Below are positions 26,324-27,832 of a DNA stretch of 27,832 nt, in pieces. The DNA comes from a virus. Its lineage: Duplodnaviria; Caudoviricetes. The DNA lies in the IMG/VR virus record IMGVR_UViG_3300022173_000147, positions 1 through 27,832 of that record, one strand, 5' to 3'. The notes below the pieces were generated by a model. The model had not been told where the DNA came from and ran no database searches. It saw only the letters and a list, made by a program, of their open reading frames with translations. The position numbers and the translations under genes were made by a program. How positions within the stretch are numbered: the stretch's first letter is position 1; each line of letters begins with the position of its first letter.

Positions 26324-27409
26324 ATGCAAGTCTCGCAACTTCCCGTAAAATTCACTGTCCCGTTCGCAAACGGTGCTGGGCCGAGTTTTATTCAGTACCC
26401 CATTCCCGCCTCGTCGCAGATCGGCATCACGGGTGGCGCTGCATCGTTCACCGATGGCTTTCCCCCGCTCAACTTCAGTCCCATCTCATCGGGCGGTATT
26501 CCGCCTCGAGGTGTCGACTTCAACGGTATCCTCTATCAGATCACCGCGTGGAACCAATGGCAGCAAGTCGGCGGATCGATCCCGTATGACTCGACGTTTC
26601 AGGCGGCTATCGGCGGGTACCCCTCAGGCGCGGTCGTCGAGTCGGTCGTCTGCCCTGGCAATTACTGGCAATCGACCGCCGACAATAACGTGACCAATCC
26701 CGACGCGTTCGGCGCAGGATGGCGCACGCCTCCTTGGGCTAAGGGCACAGGCGATTGGGCCTGGCGTCCTTCGTCCGCTGCGCTGGCCAATCACATCGTC
26801 ATGAACGGAACGACGATTGGTAGTGCGGCGTCGGGCGCATCGCAACTCGCGAGCGCCACCACGCTCTTTGTCTACAAATATCTGTGGGACACGTTCTCGA
26901 ATACGCAATGCCCTGTGTCGGGCGGTCGCGGTGCGAGTGCTTCTGCTGACTTTGCGGCGAACAAGACAATCGGCACCTTCAACATGCAGGCGACAGGCAT
27001 TGCCGGTGTCGATGGCATGGGCGGTACACCGACCAGCCTGTACACGGGTGTCCCCATCGTTTCGGGATCAGCAACAGCCGCAGGATCCATTCTCGGTGAA
27101 AACCTGCATACTCTGGTCACGTCAGAGATAGCGGCGCATCAACACGCTGTCTTCCTGAAAGATGGTCAGCATTCTCACGGCATTGGCGCTGGTGCGGGCG
27201 TCATCAACTATACGGGAGCTAGCGCAGGCGGTGGCGGTACACTTGCTGGTACCACCGCTTCGACTACGACTGCCAATGCATCGTCTAACATCACCATCGG
27301 CTCGGTCAACGGTGTCGCAAACGACAACCAGACGGCGGGAGCGGGCGGCGGCAATTCACATAACAACGTGTCGCGCATCGCGCTCGGCTACTGGTTCATG
27401 CACATCTGA
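26324..27409 (+). CDS. Tail fibre protein (short, collar-like domain and His motifs)
   Basis: N-terminal ASFTDGFPP...GGIPP.G.DFNGIL...IGGYP.GA anchor; C-terminal GENLHTL..SEIAAHQH...HSH...GGNSHNN. Confidence 0.8.
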   Translation: MQVSQLPVKFTVPFANGAGPSFIQYPIPASSQIGITGGAASFTDGFPPLNFSPISSGGIPPRGVDFNGILYQITAWNQWQQVGGSIPYDSTFQAAIGGYPSGAVVESVVCPGNYWQSTADNNVTNPDAFGAGWRTPPWAKGTGDWAWRPSSAALANHIVMNGTTIGSAASGASQLASATTLFVYKYLWDTFSNTQCPVSGGRGASASADFAANKTIGTFNMQATGIAGVDGMGGTPTSLYTGVPIVSGSATAAGSILGENLHTLVTSEIAAHQHAVFLKDGQHSHGIGAGAGVINYTGASAGGGGTLAGTTASTTTANASSNITIGSVNGVANDNQTAGAGGGNSHNNVSRIALGYWFMHI

Positions 27410-27420
27410 GAGGAACGAAC

Positions 27421-27832
27421 ATGCATAAGATTTTGAAGTCATTGATGCCAACTGAAGAGATGCTCGACTCGTTTCAACGACTGTGCAACAAGCAAATCGA
27501 AGAAATGCGTGCTCACGACAAGCACATGAAGATGGTCGACAAGGATCCCGAGACTTATCACCCGTATCCGGCCCCCGACGCACATCCCGACATTATGGCA
27601 GCCATCGTCAAGAGCGGTGATGACTACAACATCGAGTTCGAGTACGTCGATGACACCCCTCCCCCGCCCCCTCCTCCAACTCTCGAGGAAAAGAAGAACG
27701 CACTGGTCCTCAAAATCACCCAGGACGCGGCGACTCTTCAGGAAGCGGTTGTACCATCCCGTAAAAGAGCTCTGCGCGATATCCGGTTTAACGAGCTCGC
27801 AGTCATTCCTGTGGATGACCGAACTGATGTTC
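27421..27832 (+). CDS. 3'-truncated protein, possible tail fibre assembly/chaperone
   Basis: GAGAGG RBS. The frame is open to the window end: MHKILKSLMPTEEM...DDTPPPPPPPTLEEKKNAL. It lies after the fibre gene and is not in the ORF track. Confidence 0.6.
   Translation, partial: MHKILKSLMPTEEMLDSFQRLCNKQIEEMRAHDKHMKMVDKDPETYHPYPAPDAHPDIMAAIVKSGDDYNIEFEYVDDTPPPPPPPTLEEKKNALVLKITQDAATLQEAVVPSRKRALRDIRFNELAVIPVDDRTDV

Larger units (their letters stand above)
1..27832 (+). mobile_element. Myovirus-type phage/prophage virion morphogenesis module
   Basis: Co-oriented, tightly coupled head-neck-tail-baseplate-fibre genes. No host housekeeping genes, integrase or att site are visible, so free phage versus prophage cannot be decided. 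Confidence 0.95.

Noticed and set aside
17238-27409. Tailocin / eCIS / T6SS interpretation of the contractile tail genes
   Set aside because: Portal, MuF, protease and major capsid genes are in the same operon, indicating a complete phage virion.
160-27583. Numerous short alternative-frame and antisense ORFs in the track
   Set aside because: They overlap well-supported + strand genes and have the Arg/Ser/Pro-rich shadow composition typical of GC-rich DNA.
27655-27680. C-rich tract as a phase-variable or structural DNA element
   Set aside because: It encodes a Pro7 linker with mixed codons and is not a pure homopolymer.

Overview
The window is one continuous + strand late (virion morphogenesis) operon of a contractile-tailed phage or prophage with Bcep781-like gene order. 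It runs from the 3' part of a DUF1073-type portal gene through MuF/gp7 head protein, DUF2213 maturation protease/scaffold, decoration protein, major capsid, neck, sheath (DUF3383), tube, frameshifted tail chaperones, tape measure, baseplate and tail fibre. A DUF3309 gene suggests an alphaproteobacterial host (inference). The most striking feature is a candidate head-packaged effector system. The portal carries two C-terminal ADP-ribosyltransferase domains, and the protease carries an N-terminal Nudix hydrolase and a kinase-like domain. Both ART modules and the kinase are preceded by the same peptide, A-x-D-x(1-2)-[FW]-x-E-x-[DK]-H-P-R...G-Q-F-G-x-G-G-G. A-x-D also recurs at probable processing points of other head proteins, suggesting protease release of tagged cargo. 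Other oddities: one ~65-aa beta module inserted in four different virion proteins, an 867-aa protein with 18-aa Cys repeats and a 5-unit super-period, two signal-peptide proteins in the neck region, and small membrane ORFs missing from the ORF track. All family assignments come from motif recognition by eye; no searches were run.
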